From an uncultured cyanobacterium (lineage in GTDB: Bacteria > Cyanobacteriota > Cyanobacteriia > PCC-9006 > JAAUQQ01), in the NCBI GenBank assembly GCA_963718615.1, contig OY970368.1, positions 2,656,001 to 2,720,000 on the forward strand: DNA of 64,000 nt, in the 5' to 3' direction. The notes under the pieces are model-generated. The model did not search any database. It was given only the letters and a program-made list of their open reading frames with translations, and had not been told where the DNA came from. Made by a program: the position numbers and the translations under genes. The number at the start of each line of letters is the position of its first letter. Position 1 is the stretch's first letter. Positions 39,762 through 51,528 of the stretch are shown here, one piece after another.

Positions 39762-40118
39762 CTACGCCGAGAATGACTTGCCGCAACCGCAGGTTTGGGT
39801 GGCGTTGGGATTGGTGAACTGAAAGCCACCGCCAATCAGGGAATTGCTGTAGTCCAACTGCATGCCGTAGATATAGAGCAAGCTTTTGGGATCGCAAACC
39901 ACTTGAAATCCGTCGTAGTCATAGACTTCGTCGTCTTCACGAATACTATCTGGGGTCGCAAAATCCATCTTGTAGGACATGCCTGAGCACCCTCCCTGGC
40001 TTACGCCCACCCGCAGAAGCAGGTCGGTGTTTTGTTGCTCCCGCAGCGCTTTGAGCTGGGCAAGTGCCGTCTCACTAATCAAAATTCCTTTTTGTAGAGG
40101 CTGAGCAGTTTGTGTCAT
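39762..40118 (-). CDS. iscA: HesB/IscA A-type Fe-S carrier
   Basis: GGCSGMSY and [12 protein letters not shown]. Confidence 0.93.
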   Translation of the reverse strand: MTQTAQPLQKGILISETALAQLKALREQQNTDLLLRVGVSQGGCSGMSYKMDFATPDSIREDDEVYDYDGFQVVCDPKSLLYIYGMQLDYSNSLIGGGFQFTNPNATQTCGCGKSFSA

Positions 40119-40312
40119 AGCAAATTAATTCCGGCAACAACTCGCACGGCTAGCTTGGATGGCTTAAACAAGCTTTTCTCAAGCTTTTCTGAACTGGCTT
40201 TATTGTAGCGAGGATACGCCGCCTCGGCAGGACCGGATCGTTAGGATATTTAACAGAAGACAACGTTTTCGCATCGGGACCCGAGCCTATTGCTAGGCTA
40301 CAGAGGAGTTCC

Positions 40313-42076
40313 ATGCACAAGCCTATGAATCGTTTGCCGCCCTCAACCTTGCGCCGCCTGAAGCAACTTCCCCAAATCCCCAACAGCATTTGGGAGGGCG
40401 ATCGCCTGGATCTAAATGCCAAGGTGCGGGATGCTAGTTCGCCGGAAGGATTTCATCGGGCCAATTGTATTCTCTGGGTCGATGGTATTGAGCAGACTGT
40501 GCGCTCCATCGAAGCGGTCCCGGTCTCCGATGGTCCTGAAGCCTTTGTACGGGCACTGCTCAAGGCAATGGAGTCTCCCCTCGACATGCCCCAAGCCCCC
40601 ATGCCCCAAATGCGCCCGGAGAAGGTGGTGGTGCGCGATCGCGAACTCCACTTTTTCCTGCGGGGGGTTTTACAGGACCTCGACATCACGGTGGAATATC
40701 ACCACCAATTGCCCCTGCTTGATGAAATGATTCCTGGTCTCCAGCATTTAATGGGGCTAGAGGAAGACGATCTGTCCGACGAACTGTGTGACCTGATCGA
40801 AGAGAAGGCCATGCAGCTTTGGGAAACAGCCCCTTGGAAAGAACTACAAGACCACCAAATTTTGTCGGTGACCATTCAAGCCTTTGATTTAGAGCCCTTT
40901 TATCTCTCTGTCATGGGCAATCTGGGGATGGAATACGGAGTTTTGCTCTATCGCTCGGTCGAGTCGCTCAAGCAGTTTCGAGCTGCGATCTTGCGTAACC
41001 AAGGCGAAAACATGGTGCAGATGCAGGAGGCGTTTCTGCAACAGGACTGTTTATTTCTCAACTATGAACTGGAAGAGGACAACGCTTGGTTAGATGCCCC
41101 CTTTCCCCTGCGGGCCTTACGTCCTGAGGAACCCCTCGATCGCGATATTGATCTGGAGGTGGGCTCGATTAATCCCCTTGAAGGGGTGCGGGAGCAACTC
41201 GATGAGGAAGAGGCGATCGCCCTCGTTGCAGCCCTCGAAGCCATTCATCGGTTCTTCCGCAAGCATCGGCGCAGCCTCCGCGATGGAGACTTTCCAGAAT
41301 GCGCCAGCAAATTCCGTATTACGATTCCAGAAGCCGTGCGTCTTTCCGGCATGGGAGCCACGGTATCCGTTCAGATTGCCACCCTTCCCGATCTCACCGA
41401 TGATTTGTGGGCCATGGTTGAGCAAGTCGAGTCTGAGGCCAGTCCGCTCTCCTTGGTTAATTTTCCGGGTGCAGCCCTGTCATCCCACGAGCCTTGGGGG
41501 ACCGTACCGAACCCGATGGTCATCCCCCCTAGTTCTAACCCTAAAGCCATCATCCAATTCAAGGACGATTTGGTCCCAGTCAACTCCATGACATTTATTG
41601 GCCGCATGGACTGGGAAACCTACGAGTTACTCCAGGTGCTGCCCGGTAAACTTCAGCAAAAAGCCAAGGGTAAGATTGCGCGTAAGGGCGATGGCTTCCC
41701 GGTGTTTGTCATTCAAACCAGCCGCCCTAAGGCCAAAGCCATTATCGAGCAGGTCAACGCCGCTGGCGGAGTTCAGGGGATTGGCTTTTGTCCTTTGCAC
41801 GATGCGGAGGGGCTACAAATGATAGAGCTCACCTTCGTCAAAACTCAAAATGGCGAGCTGAATATCATCAACGACTATGAGCCCGACGATCCAGACCATC
41901 AAGACCTCAAGTCACGCTGGGCCAGATACATCAAAGCTAGCCAAGGACATTGTGGTTTTGTTGTGGCGATTGGGGTGACTGGCGCGACCAAAGGACAGCT
42001 TGATTCTCAAACCATGATTGCTCTCTATGAAACACAAGTTTTGACGCCCCAAGAGATTGGCATTGTCATCGAATAG
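40313..42076 (+). CDS. conserved cyanobacterial hypothetical protein (DUF6930-like)
   Basis: TLRRLKQLPQ...WEGDR, CILWVDG, SVMG.LGMEYG.LLYRS and IQTSRPKAK. Confidence 0.75.
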   Translation: MHKPMNRLPPSTLRRLKQLPQIPNSIWEGDRLDLNAKVRDASSPEGFHRANCILWVDGIEQTVRSIEAVPVSDGPEAFVRALLKAMESPLDMPQAPMPQMRPEKVVVRDRELHFFLRGVLQDLDITVEYHHQLPLLDEMIPGLQHLMGLEEDDLSDELCDLIEEKAMQLWETAPWKELQDHQILSVTIQAFDLEPFYLSVMGNLGMEYGVLLYRSVESLKQFRAAILRNQGENMVQMQEAFLQQDCLFLNYELEEDNAWLDAPFPLRALRPEEPLDRDIDLEVGSINPLEGVREQLDEEEAIALVAALEAIHRFFRKHRRSLRDGDFPECASKFRITIPEAVRLSGMGATVSVQIATLPDLTDDLWAMVEQVESEASPLSLVNFPGAALSSHEPWGTVPNPMVIPPSSNPKAIIQFKDDLVPVNSMTFIGRMDWETYELLQVLPGKLQQKAKGKIARKGDGFPVFVIQTSRPKAKAIIEQVNAAGGVQGIGFCPLHDAEGLQMIELTFVKTQNGELNIINDYEPDDPDHQDLKSRWARYIKASQGHCGFVVAIGVTGATKGQLDSQTMIALYETQVLTPQEIGIVIE

Positions 42077-42141
42077 GGCAACTTTAAAAATGGGTTAAAG
42101 GTGCAGACCAAGCGCATACAAACCCATAGAAAAAGCAAAAT

Positions 42142-42169
42142 CTGGACCCAGTTCAATCAGTGGGTCCAG
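42142..42169 (-). terminator. terminator downstream of the PatX-like gene
   Basis: CTGGACCCA...TGGGTCCAG with a T-rich tail on the minus strand. Confidence 0.6.
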
Positions 42170-42281
42170 TTACACCTCTTGTGAAGGCAAAAAATAAAGA
42201 ATTACAAATAGAAAAAGCGTTGGTTTAGCTTAGATTCGACTTCTAGATTCGGCTTAGAAATTTACAGGCTAGGGTACTGGA

Positions 42282-42704
42282 TTAACCGACCCAACCAGAC
42301 TCCAAACCGCGCTCGCTACCCCGATAGGCTACGATATTGTCTTGCGATTCGCGCAGGCCGTTACTGAACCGACCGCTGGCCCGATAGGCGATCGCCTCAA
42401 CGCCTCGCTCACTACCGCGATAGCCCATGGTATCGATGCTGCCCTCAAACCGACCACTGGCCCGATAGGCAATCGTGTTTTCAACATCATGATTAAACCG
42501 ACCACTAGCTCTGTAAGCCACTGCATTACCAGTATCAATTCGGCCTGTAGCTCGATAGGCAACGGACGCAGCTGAATCGGTATTAGGTTTGATTAGAGAC
42601 AGGTTATTGAGGTTTTCCCAAGCCGGAGCTGTGATCACGGTAAGGGCTACTGCGCCAAGCAAGGGGAGGGAAAGAATGCTTTTTGTTGTGCACATAAGGG
42701 ACAT
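42282..42704 (-). CDS. secreted PatX-like precursor with six RG(S/T)GR-variant cores
   Basis: hydrophobic signal-like N-terminus; cores YRATGR, YRASGR, YRASGR, YRGSER, YRASGR, YRGSER. Confidence 0.75.
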   Translation of the reverse strand: MSLMCTTKSILSLPLLGAVALTVITAPAWENLNNLSLIKPNTDSAASVAYRATGRIDTGNAVAYRASGRFNHDVENTIAYRASGRFEGSIDTMGYRGSERGVEAIAYRASGRFSNGLRESQDNIVAYRGSERGLESGWVG

Positions 42705-42741
42705 TGGATACCGCGCCAGTAATTGTTCTCAACTACCCCTA

Positions 42742-42769
42742 TCTACAAGGCATCTCAGTAATGTCCGGA
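42742..42769 (-). promoter_or_regulatory. DIF1-type promoter TCCGGA-N17-GTAGA
   Basis: TCCGGA at 42769-42764 and GTAGA at 42746-42742; TCCGGA lies about 60 nt upstream of the ATG. Confidence 0.65.
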
Positions 42770-42870
42770 ATGGAAAGTATTTTTTGTGCCAATCAAGAGA
42801 GCATCGCACTTAAGCTATTTTCTAGGCTATCTGTGTTATATTTTTACGCCTACCTCAAGGAAACCCCATC

Positions 42871-42899
42871 AAAAAGCGGACTCCGTTTCCGGAATCCGC
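42871..42899 (-). terminator. chlN intrinsic terminator
   Basis: minus strand GCGGATTCCG-GAAA-CGGAGTCCGC-TTTTT. Confidence 0.85.
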
Positions 42900-42950
42900 G
42901 ATCGTCGTCTGGCTGGACAGAATCCAGCAACAAGAGGAGAGAGGCAGAGG

Positions 42951-44501
<1,551 letters not shown>

Positions 44502-44507
44502 CTAGAA

Positions 44508-44549
44508 CAAAAGTTGGAGCAAAAAGTTGGAGCAAAAAGTTGGAGCAAA
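44508..44549 (+). repeat. 13-bp tandem repeat AAAAAGTTGGAGC x3
   Basis: seen in the chlL-chlN spacer. Confidence 0.9.
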
Positions 44550-44634
44550 GTTTGGCCCTAAATTTGTATCGACTGAGTTCAATAGAGGAGGCCCAATCGA
44601 GCCTAGAGCCAAACTGCTATTGCCGAGCTTTAAT

Positions 44635-45501
44635 TTAGACCATCATCAAATCTAGTTCTTCTGCGGCTGGGGCTTTTTTCTCGCTGGGGGGATTGAGATA
44701 GAAATCAGACAGCAAACTAAAGAGATCGCGGTCGGCAGCATCCTGGGGGACGACCCCTTCAGGCTGAGCTAAAATTTGGTCCGCGATGCTGAGGTAATAG
44801 TCGCAAACGTAATCCAACGAAGGATCCGTCTCTGCCATTTCAAACACCGTTTTCCCCTTGACGCGAGAGACGCGGATATCTTCAATCAGGGGCAAAACTT
44901 CTAGGACCGGCATCGGAACGGCTTCAATATATTTATCAATCAGGTCCCGTTTTGAAGTGCGGTTGCCGATCAAACCAGCTAGCCGTAGCGGATGGGTCCG
45001 GGCCTTTTCGCGCACGGAGGCGGCAATGCGGTTAGCGGCGAAGAGGGCATCAAAACCATTGTCCGTCACGATCATGCAATAGTCGGAATAATTGAGCGGG
45101 GCTGCGAAACCGCCACAGACCACATCACCGAGGACATCAAACAAGATGATGTCGTATTCATCAAAAGCGTTGAGTTCCTTCAGCAACTTGACCGTTTCAC
45201 CGACAACATAGCCGCCACAGCCTGCCCCAGCCGGGGGGCCACCCGCTTCAACGCAGCTCACGCCCCCATAGCCGGGGTAAATCACATCTTCGGGCCAGAT
45301 GTCCTCGTAGTGAAAGTTTTTCTCCTGCAAGGTGTCGATAATCGTCGGAATCAAAAAGCCGGTCAGCGTAAAGGTGCTGTCGTGTTTGGGGTCACAGCCA
45401 ATCTGAAGAACCTTCTTGCCCCGCTTGGCGAGGGCTACGGAGATGTTGCAACTGGTGGTGGATTTGCCGATGCCGCCTTTACCGTAAACCGAAAGTTTCA
45501 T
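44635..45501 (-). CDS. chlL: DPOR iron-sulfur ATP-binding subunit L
   Basis: [21 protein letters not shown] and [14 protein letters not shown]. Confidence 0.97.
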   Translation of the reverse strand: MKLSVYGKGGIGKSTTSCNISVALAKRGKKVLQIGCDPKHDSTFTLTGFLIPTIIDTLQEKNFHYEDIWPEDVIYPGYGGVSCVEAGGPPAGAGCGGYVVGETVKLLKELNAFDEYDIILFDVLGDVVCGGFAAPLNYSDYCMIVTDNGFDALFAANRIAASVREKARTHPLRLAGLIGNRTSKRDLIDKYIEAVPMPVLEVLPLIEDIRVSRVKGKTVFEMAETDPSLDYVCDYYLSIADQILAQPEGVVPQDAADRDLFSLLSDFYLNPPSEKKAPAAEELDLMMV

Positions 45502-46125
45502 AGGGTCTCCGAAGTCTTCAATACAGATTGCGATCGCGTTGTCCCCAGCGCCGACTGACCCAGATTCAACAGGCCAAAATTTTGAAAGTGCCGCTCTGCC
45601 AAAGCGACACCTAAATTGCAACTCATTTGCCGGGTTGGTTGCTGATGCCAATTATTGGTCAGATGGCCGGGTCTGGGAAGGCGATCGAAAAACGGACAAG
45701 GTCCTCAAGCGTTGAAAAAAGCACTCAAAAACTTTAATTGGAACTTTCAGGGCTTTGATAACGGCTTAAGCCTTAATTTGATTTTTTTTAAAGTTTTATT
45801 CAACGGATTTATAAAAATCGGATCAATAAGCAAAAAATGGATCAGCGATCGAGGATCCTCGCGATCGCCCCCTATCCCAGCCCTAATCCCAGCTCTAAAC
45901 AACGACTCCGATGGGGGAGAAAGCCACGAAAGCCAATGGGGCCAAAGCGATCGCTTCAGCCCCCTGGGGTTCTATGGATTCCTCATTAACCCGTCAAGCT
46001 CTTGGGACCCCTAGCAAACGCTGATCCCCAAGCCAGCCACAAGCTCTTAGAGGTTATGAGGTTAAAAAAAGTTAAGTTTTAAATTTTGGCTGTATTTGAA
46101 CCTGATTTTGTCGCAGAACTTAAAG

Positions 46126-47340
46126 CTAGGGCTCGTCAAACTCACGCCGGAGCGTTAGCGCAAAGCCTGCTGTCAAAATCGTTAATACCCCCGTAATCCA
46201 AAAGGGAGCCCGATAGCTCAAGCTCACCAATAGTCCACCCGTAGCAGGACCAATGGCATTGGCAATGCTTAAGTAGGACGCATTCAGACCCAGCACTTCG
46301 CCCTGTTGCTTCTGACTGCTCCGCAGCGACAGCAACGTATCCACCAGCGGCATCGGAAAGGAATTGATCGCACCAAAGATTGCCAGGAGAACCCAAAACA
46401 CCGGCAACAGCGGAAACGTTGGCATCAATAAAAAGATCACCCCCCGCAACAGCAGCGCCCCGGCCAGAATATGAACGAGGTCAAATCTGCGCCGTAACGG
46501 TTCGAGGCCCAACACCTGGGCAATAAATCCGAGCATGCCAACGATGGCGAAGGCGATCGCCAAGGTTTTGGCGTTTTGTCCTAAGACATTGAGAAAAAAG
46601 GGCTGGAAGGCAAAGGTAAAAATCGTAAACGTCGCTCCGCTGAGAAACGTCAAGAGAAAGAGGCGACCAAATTTTTTGTCCGTTATCGAGCGAGCCAGCC
46701 GCCCAAAGCCAAAATCGCTCCAGTGCAGCCTGAACACGGGATCGCATTGAACGTGGGTTTCGGGCAGAGCAAAGAGGCAGAGGAGGATGGCGATCGCCGC
46801 AAACCCCGCCGATAGTAAAAAGCCCATCCCCAAGGAAGACACCCCCGGCACGGGTGGGAGCTGCTGGGCCAGATAGCTCAGGGCTGGACCCGCCACAAAC
46901 CCCAGCCGAAAGACCGCCCCAAAAATCCCAAAGGCCTTCGGTCGTTGCTCCAGATCCGTCGTGTCGCTAATTACCGCTCGGGCGATCGAGGTATTGCCCC
47001 CCGTCAGCCCATCCACCACCCGAGCGCAGTAGACCAGCCAGGCGACCGTGGCCAGACTAGCGGTGACATTGGCTAGAACGGTTCCGAGCAAACTGAGGAT
47101 CAGCAACGGTTTTCGACCTAGGCGATCGGAGAGACGACCCAAAACCGGCGTACCGATAAACTGAGAGGCCGCATAGGCCGTCGTCAGCAGGCTGGCTTGA
47201 AAGTCGCTCAGACCAAATTGCTTGGCGAAAGGATAAAGAATCGGAATAATGATTGTGAAACTAACGGAATTGATAAAAGCAATTAGCGTCACAATCCAAA
47301 ACTTGAGCGGAAGGCTCAGGAAACCAGCTTTTGTGTTCAT
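46126..47340 (-). CDS. MFS transporter (TetA/DHA1-like)
   Basis: GRLSDRLGRKP motif A; about 12 TM. Confidence 0.9.
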   Translation of the reverse strand: MNTKAGFLSLPLKFWIVTLIAFINSVSFTIIIPILYPFAKQFGLSDFQASLLTTAYAASQFIGTPVLGRLSDRLGRKPLLILSLLGTVLANVTASLATVAWLVYCARVVDGLTGGNTSIARAVISDTTDLEQRPKAFGIFGAVFRLGFVAGPALSYLAQQLPPVPGVSSLGMGFLLSAGFAAIAILLCLFALPETHVQCDPVFRLHWSDFGFGRLARSITDKKFGRLFLLTFLSGATFTIFTFAFQPFFLNVLGQNAKTLAIAFAIVGMLGFIAQVLGLEPLRRRFDLVHILAGALLLRGVIFLLMPTFPLLPVFWVLLAIFGAINSFPMPLVDTLLSLRSSQKQQGEVLGLNASYLSIANAIGPATGGLLVSLSYRAPFWITGVLTILTAGFALTLRREFDEP

Positions 47341-47410
47341 GCTACCTGCGGTCAGGCGGTGCGCCCTATACTATTTGAAGCTTGCCGTGGTGTTATTTGT
47401 AACTTGATAT

Positions 47411-48892
47411 ATGTCAGATTCTAATGATCGCCCTGAATCAGAGCAGGATTCAGCGCAAAATTCAGAACAGGATTCAGCGCAGAATAACGATAAAGATTTG
47501 AAGGACAAGATTCTCAAGGGAGGACTGTCCTTAGCCGTGCGTCAGATCGTGACCTCAGGGCTATCGTTGGTCAGTATTTTGGTGGTTGCGAGGGTCCTAG
47601 GGCCAGAGCAGTACGGCATTGTAGCCTTTGGCATGGGGATTTTTTACTTCCTCGTTTGGATCAACAAGCTGGGGATTGGCGTCTATGTGACTCGGGTCTC
47701 CGAGCTGTCCGCCGATGCGCCGCGCCAAATCCTAGCGCTATTTAATCAGATTAGCTTGGTTACAGCGGTGGTGTTGTGGGTCTCCGCTCCGGCGATCGCC
47801 GCCTGGACCAAACAGCCCGAAACCCTCTGGGTGGTTCGCTGCCTCGCGCTACCCCTTTGGTTTGAGATGGTGGGAGATGCCTCCATCATGTTGATGTTCC
47901 GGGAGTTGCAGTTTGCCGAGGTGGGGGTCGCGGAGGCGATCGGCCAATTAGCCAACTACGGCTTGGCTATTCCTTTAGTTCTAACCGGCAAAGGCTATTG
48001 GGGACCGATTTGGGGACTCACCTTGCAACAACTCGTCGTCATGGTCATGGTCTGGCGTCATCGACCGATTCCCTGGGGATGGCGCTGGACCAAGGGCTGC
48101 ATTTTTCCGGCCCTACAAGGCGGTCTTGCCTATACGGGGTCTGCATCTCTTCTGTCTTTAAAAGCACTGACGGTCCCCTTACTGGTGACACGCTTAGCCG
48201 GAGTCGAAGCCGCAGGCATCGTCAGTATTGCCGTTCGCTTTGCGGATCAGCTCGCGATTTTGCGCCAAGTCCTGAATCAAATGTCCATTAGCGTATTGTC
48301 CAAATTTATGGGACAACCAGAAAGAATTCGGGCGGCCTTAAGCCAAGGCATGGTCTATCAGGTTTTGCTCGTTGCACCAGCCTGTGCCGTCTTCTCCTGC
48401 TGTGCAGCTTGGCTCATTCCGCTGCTATTTGGGGACGAATGGCTCAGAAGCACTCAAATTTTCCCGATGATCGCAGCGGGTGTGATTCTCTCGACGTTGT
48501 TTGAGTTACACACCAGCACACTCTATGCAGCGGCAAAAAATCGTGAGGTTGCTATTTTTAATGCAACCTATATCAGCCTTCAATGGATTACTGCGTTGAT
48601 TGTCCTTCCCATCGTTGGTATTTGGGGCTATGGCTTTGCTGAGTTAGCGACGATCCCGAGCTACGGTGTCATCCATCGAAGCTTAACAAAGCTTTTTGGT
48701 TCTCCAGACTATAAAAATGCGTTTCTCCTCGTAGCCGCAACCTTTCCTGCACTTTTCGCAGGCCCTTGGATTCCAGTGCCATTGGGCCTGTTGTTGCTCG
48801 CGGTCAGTTATGGCCTTGTATTGCTCATTAGCCCTGAGCTGAAAGCCTTGCCCATGGAGATTCTGAAGATTTGGAAGAGTCGGCACACCTGA
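47411..48892 (+). CDS. Wzx-type oligosaccharide flippase
   Basis: VARVLGPEQYG, RELQF and multiple TM segments. Confidence 0.85.
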   Translation: MSDSNDRPESEQDSAQNSEQDSAQNNDKDLKDKILKGGLSLAVRQIVTSGLSLVSILVVARVLGPEQYGIVAFGMGIFYFLVWINKLGIGVYVTRVSELSADAPRQILALFNQISLVTAVVLWVSAPAIAAWTKQPETLWVVRCLALPLWFEMVGDASIMLMFRELQFAEVGVAEAIGQLANYGLAIPLVLTGKGYWGPIWGLTLQQLVVMVMVWRHRPIPWGWRWTKGCIFPALQGGLAYTGSASLLSLKALTVPLLVTRLAGVEAAGIVSIAVRFADQLAILRQVLNQMSISVLSKFMGQPERIRAALSQGMVYQVLLVAPACAVFSCCAAWLIPLLFGDEWLRSTQIFPMIAAGVILSTLFELHTSTLYAAAKNREVAIFNATYISLQWITALIVLPIVGIWGYGFAELATIPSYGVIHRSLTKLFGSPDYKNAFLLVAATFPALFAGPWIPVPLGLLLLAVSYGLVLLISPELKALPMEILKIWKSRHT

Positions 48893-49323
48893 TGCCTTTG
48901 TCTAAAGCTCAAGCTTCAGAAAAGATGTTGATTTATTAAGCTACAGAGGCAGCAAGTTGAGAGGGAAATTCTAATTTTTACAAAGGTTTGAGGACTGTAC
49001 CCATTTCATCCTGCATAGTTATCATTGTTACTCTTGCTTCAATAGAACTTTATTTTCCAGTAAAGATCGAGATTGCCTGAGACAGGTCCTATGGGCGGCT
49101 TCTAGTTGACAGTGCTAAATTAAATATCTCAGGTCTCGTATTAGAAAACCTAAAGAGGAAGGACTTAAAACTGCCGAGTTATTGCAGCATTAGCCACTGA
49201 TTCAATAAGTTCAGTGATTGTTTCTGCTGTCTGAAATAGTACTACTTCAAAAATTTAATGTGTGCCTATTAAGTACTGCTTTAGTGAGGGCAATTCTTGC
49301 TGTCTTAATTTTTTTGATCAGCC

Positions 49324-50607
49324 ATGAAACTTACTCATATTAATATTGGTCCATCAGCTCGCGAGGGTGGAGGAACCGCAGTAGCCGCAATGCGCTTGCA
49401 CCAGCAATTGCGCAAGTATCAAATAGATTCAAGAATGTTAGTAGGATACATAAACCAATCCTACCCCCAAGTATCGCAGATTTCAAGGCCGAAATGGCTG
49501 CGACCCTTCGAAGGATTAGCACGGCGAGTATTACCCTCACTGGGCTTTAATGAACTGCATAACTTCAGTTCATTTTTTCTGAACCATAATCCGACCATTC
49601 GGCATGCAGATCTCCTTCATTTACACTGTATGCACGAAGGGTATTTTAATACGCTTGCATTGCCTCTATTAACCGCCGAAAAGCCTGCCGTTTATACGAT
49701 GCATGATATTTGGGCATTTACTGGCCATTGCTCTATGGATTTGGGTTGCGATCGCTGGAAAAGAGGGTGTGGAAACTGCCCAGACCTAAGCATTGCTCCA
49801 GCGGTTCGACGGGACACCACCCGACTGGAATGGCGGATGAAACAGTGGGCCTATGAAAATTCTCGTTTATCTATCATTAGTCCAAGCACCTGGATGACCC
49901 AGCAGCTTCAACAAAGCACCTTAAAACATCTACCGATTTATCAAATTCCCCATGGCGTTGACCTCAACTTACTTCAGCCTTACGATCCTCTTTTTTGTCG
50001 GGCGGCATTGAATATTCCAGATCATAAGAAAGTTTTAATGTTTGCGGGTTCTGGCCCTCGAACAAGTTTTTATAAGGGAGGTGATCTCCTCATGAAGGCC
50101 CTGGAACTGCTCCCAAAATCCTTAAAAAACGAACTGGTTTTATTGGTCATGGGGGATGTGGAGCCCTCCTTTGCCAAGGTGCTCGACATCGAGATCTGTC
50201 TGACGGGGACAATTGAGCAAGATAGCCACAAGGCGATCGCCTATTCTGCGGCGGATCTCTTCCTGTTTCCCAGTCGAGCCGAGTCCTTTGGTCTAGTTGC
50301 CCTAGAAAGCCTAGCCTGTATGACCCCTGTGGTCGCCTTTGCCGTAGGTGGGATTCCGGACCTTGTTAGATCTGAACAAACCGGCTATCTCGCCCAACCG
50401 GAAAATCCCAGGGATTTTAAACAGGGAATCCTAGAACTGCTGGAAGATTCTCAATTACGTCACAGGATGGCTCAACAAGCCCGCCGGATGGCAGTCGAAG
50501 AATTTTCGATTGAATTATCCACCCAAAGACATTTGCGGGTCTATGAACAGATTTTGGGGATAAGACCAGAAATAAAGACCCAGCCGACGCCTGTCCCCCA
50601 ATGCTGA
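49324..50607 (+). CDS. GT4 glycosyltransferase (WcaC-like)
   Basis: TMHDIWAFTGHC..C.RW..GCGNCP and ESFGLVALESLAC.TPVV. Confidence 0.9.
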   Translation: MKLTHINIGPSAREGGGTAVAAMRLHQQLRKYQIDSRMLVGYINQSYPQVSQISRPKWLRPFEGLARRVLPSLGFNELHNFSSFFLNHNPTIRHADLLHLHCMHEGYFNTLALPLLTAEKPAVYTMHDIWAFTGHCSMDLGCDRWKRGCGNCPDLSIAPAVRRDTTRLEWRMKQWAYENSRLSIISPSTWMTQQLQQSTLKHLPIYQIPHGVDLNLLQPYDPLFCRAALNIPDHKKVLMFAGSGPRTSFYKGGDLLMKALELLPKSLKNELVLLVMGDVEPSFAKVLDIEICLTGTIEQDSHKAIAYSAADLFLFPSRAESFGLVALESLACMTPVVAFAVGGIPDLVRSEQTGYLAQPENPRDFKQGILELLEDSQLRHRMAQQARRMAVEEFSIELSTQRHLRVYEQILGIRPEIKTQPTPVPQC

Positions 50608-50689
50608 AGATAGCTTTTGGCAGGGACTTTTAGCCTAGATTTTAACTTTGATGATCGTCCACATTGAATGATTGAGGAGCACACGTCTG

Positions 50690-51475
50690 ATGATCATTAA
50701 CAGAGTCCTAGGACGTCTGAAAAGGGATGTGTTCAATCTTTTAGAAAGCGTCAGATTCTATCTATTGCGAATGCGGCTGTTTCGGACCAGTCAGAGACTG
50801 ACTCCTTCCCTCGGAACAGCCTTGGTCGTCGCTCCCCACCAGGATGATGAAAGTTTCGGCTGTGGCGGCTTAATTGCGCTCAAACGCCAGTCTGGCACAG
50901 CGGTAAAGGTCGTGTTTCTGACCGATGGGCAAAAATCCTATGGTTGCGATCGCATTCCCTCATCAGACCTCATCGCTAAACGTCAGCAGGAAGCTTTACA
51001 GGCCCTTGAAACCTTGGGCGTTGACTCGGAGAATGTTGACTTTTTCAATTATCCCGATGGGGAATTGCAGTGTTTAAACCCACTAGCTCGTCAAACCTTA
51101 GTCACATCTCTAACGCAACTGCTGAGGCGTTTTGAGCCCGAAGAAGTCTACGTGACCTATCGTCGCGATGGCCATTCAGACCATGAAGCCGCAGCGCTCT
51201 TGGTGCGGGAGGCGATCGCCCAAGCAACTATCTCTCCCTTGTTATTGGAGTACCCGGTTTGGTCGCTCTATCAACCTACCCAGTTTAAGTTTGATTTACC
51301 CGAGTTTAAGCAGTTGTACCATGTACCGATTCAGGCTGTCCGAGCTCGGAAACAGGCTGCCATTGCTTGCCATCGTTCTCAGTATGTTCCTATTCCACCG
51401 GATACAACAGGAGGATTGCCACGGGGATTTCTACGCCGTTTATCGTCATCCCAGGAGTTTTTTTTCAAAGGCTAG
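50690..51475 (+). CDS. PIG-L family deacetylase
   Basis: APHQDDESFGCGG, R.QEA..A, H.DH and H.SQ. Confidence 0.9.
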   Translation: MIINRVLGRLKRDVFNLLESVRFYLLRMRLFRTSQRLTPSLGTALVVAPHQDDESFGCGGLIALKRQSGTAVKVVFLTDGQKSYGCDRIPSSDLIAKRQQEALQALETLGVDSENVDFFNYPDGELQCLNPLARQTLVTSLTQLLRRFEPEEVYVTYRRDGHSDHEAAALLVREAIAQATISPLLLEYPVWSLYQPTQFKFDLPEFKQLYHVPIQAVRARKQAAIACHRSQYVPIPPDTTGGLPRGFLRRLSSSQEFFFKG

Positions 51476-51528
51476 GATTAAACGGATTAAACGAGCCTAT
51501 TCAAAGAATAGGATTTGATCAGTCCATA

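Noticed and set aside
42888-42893. second TCCGGA (DIF1) upstream of the PatX-like gene
   Set aside because: lies inside the chlN terminator hairpin and has no GTA-type -10 at the proper spacing
44635-45501. nifH
   Set aside because: sequence ([17 protein letters not shown]) and chlN adjacency identify ChlL; no nif genes present
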